Positions 62,687-64,000 of a stretch of DNA of 64,000 bases are shown here, one piece after another; position 1 is the first letter of the stretch; every line of letters begins with the position of its first letter. The stretch comes from Haliotis cracherodii (Eukaryota): assembly GCF_022045235.1 (NCBI RefSeq), contig NW_027266343.1, positions 51,212,001 through 51,276,000 on the forward strand, given 5' to 3'. The notes beneath the pieces are model-generated. The model did no database searches, was not told the origin of the DNA, and was given only the letters and a program-made list of their open reading frames with translations. Made by a program: the position numbers and the translations under genes.

Positions 62687-64000
62687 AAGGAGATTGCATT
62701 TGGTAACTGTAGAGAGTGAAATTCAGCGGAATAAATGGTCCAACTTTAAAGCCTGTCATAAGTCTTTATAACAACAACCAGACTGTAAAAACAAGTCGTT
62801 TGATCATGTCTATCTTTGAAAACACCTTTGTGTTATACTTTAAGAGCATTTTCTTCTGAAAACACACGTCTTTACTTTTAGATGTACGGTTTTTCTGGGA
62901 AACCCTTATATAGTTACACATTGTCAAACTGATTTGCGCGTGTTTTATTCTTGGTATGAGTTTTGGTTTAAACACGCCTTAAAAGAACACAGTCATCACT
63001 GTCACTACTGCTTCATCATGTCAAGGGCATACTTAAAGGGTAGCGGCGATTTATATTCTTTCTTCTAATGTTTAGAACCAAAGACTCACCCGAAGATTAA
63101 AACACGTTAAAGTGAGTTATTTGCAACAGTGATTAAGTATATATGCAAATGTATGAATGGCTGAGACATTGTCAAAAGACAACATTCTCCCAATCTGGCA
63201 CACAATGGAACTGACGGAGGAGCTCATGAAACACCCAACAAATATATACAAATATAAACTATTCATTAACACCTGGTGACATCACTTATATTCAGTATAT
63301 GTTTTAGCACAATCTTGCCTTTTACACCCAATGAAATCTGTTTCAACAGATAATGGAGCCTGATTTTTCTCTGGCGTTGACGATTTATGTAGTTAAAGGG
63401 TCATCATTGAATGATTATTATATCAATATTCAGGCGTTATCTATAGAAATTGAGATAACAAATTGAGTGATGCTCGTATTATTACAAATGCCTTGATAAT
63501 GAAGTGTACAATTATCAAGATGATATGTTGAAAATAAGAGAGTTCTCTCAAGAAACGCAGTTGCAAATAAAAGCCACATAACCCTGTTCAGAATCATTCG
63601 AAACCTCTGCTCGAAGCAAAGACCATTGTACGATTTCGACTTTAATGATCACACGCATGTGCGTAGGAATGACTACCAGATAGTGATGATACCTGGCGGT
63701 TGCCAAAAAGTAAGCGTATCCTGCCCCAACGGTTCCTCCGTCACAAACACATACGAAGACGAGAAAACAAGCTGTTGTTCATATGTCAATCATGTTTTCA
63801 GAAGATATTGGTGTACTTTAGGCTTTTAACAGATATTACACGCATAAAAAGATGTTGTGAGTATTCATAGTGACAGTCCCTTTGTAAGAAGAAACCAATA
63901 TATGTACCTATCAGTTAGGAAATAAAGCTGTTGTAGTTTATTGTTATTGTGCAGTAAGATAAATAAAATTCGGGGAGAATAATGTAGTATCTGGGGACTT
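62687..64000 (+). repeat. Segmental duplication, copy 2, running off the window end
   Basis: 62687-63032 matches 59056-59408; about 63150-63325 matches 58895-59048; 63387-64000 matches 59410-60034. Confidence 0.9.

Overview
Animal genomic DNA, about 39% GC by eye and dense in repeats, with two N gaps. The SINE families suggest a gastropod mollusc, probably abalone-like (inference). Three host genes are supported, all on the + strand. (1) The terminal coding exon of a homeodomain-only protein (HOPX) orthologue at 10894-10971, too short for the ORF track; its upstream exon was not found in the window. (2) A complete 11-exon SLC23/nucleobase-ascorbate transporter gene (30943-44151, 623 aa) with a TATA+Inr promoter, a GC-AG first intron and a non-canonical NAT signature motif. 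(3) A 3-exon gene for a 114-aa secreted Gly/Leu/Tyr-rich GGLYGGx-repeat protein (CDS 60936-61527), whose upstream region is duplicated at the window end, suggesting a tandem cluster. The rest is mobile DNA: four SINE-like families sharing one 3' tail (one with a structured non-tRNA head), a 5'-inverted Penelope-like element with a U3-A8 variant hammerhead ribozyme, a 78-bp minisatellite built from a related hammerhead module, decayed Tc1, mariner, Academ-like, R4/Dong-like and RTE-X-like elements, several MITEs and many mini- and microsatellites.
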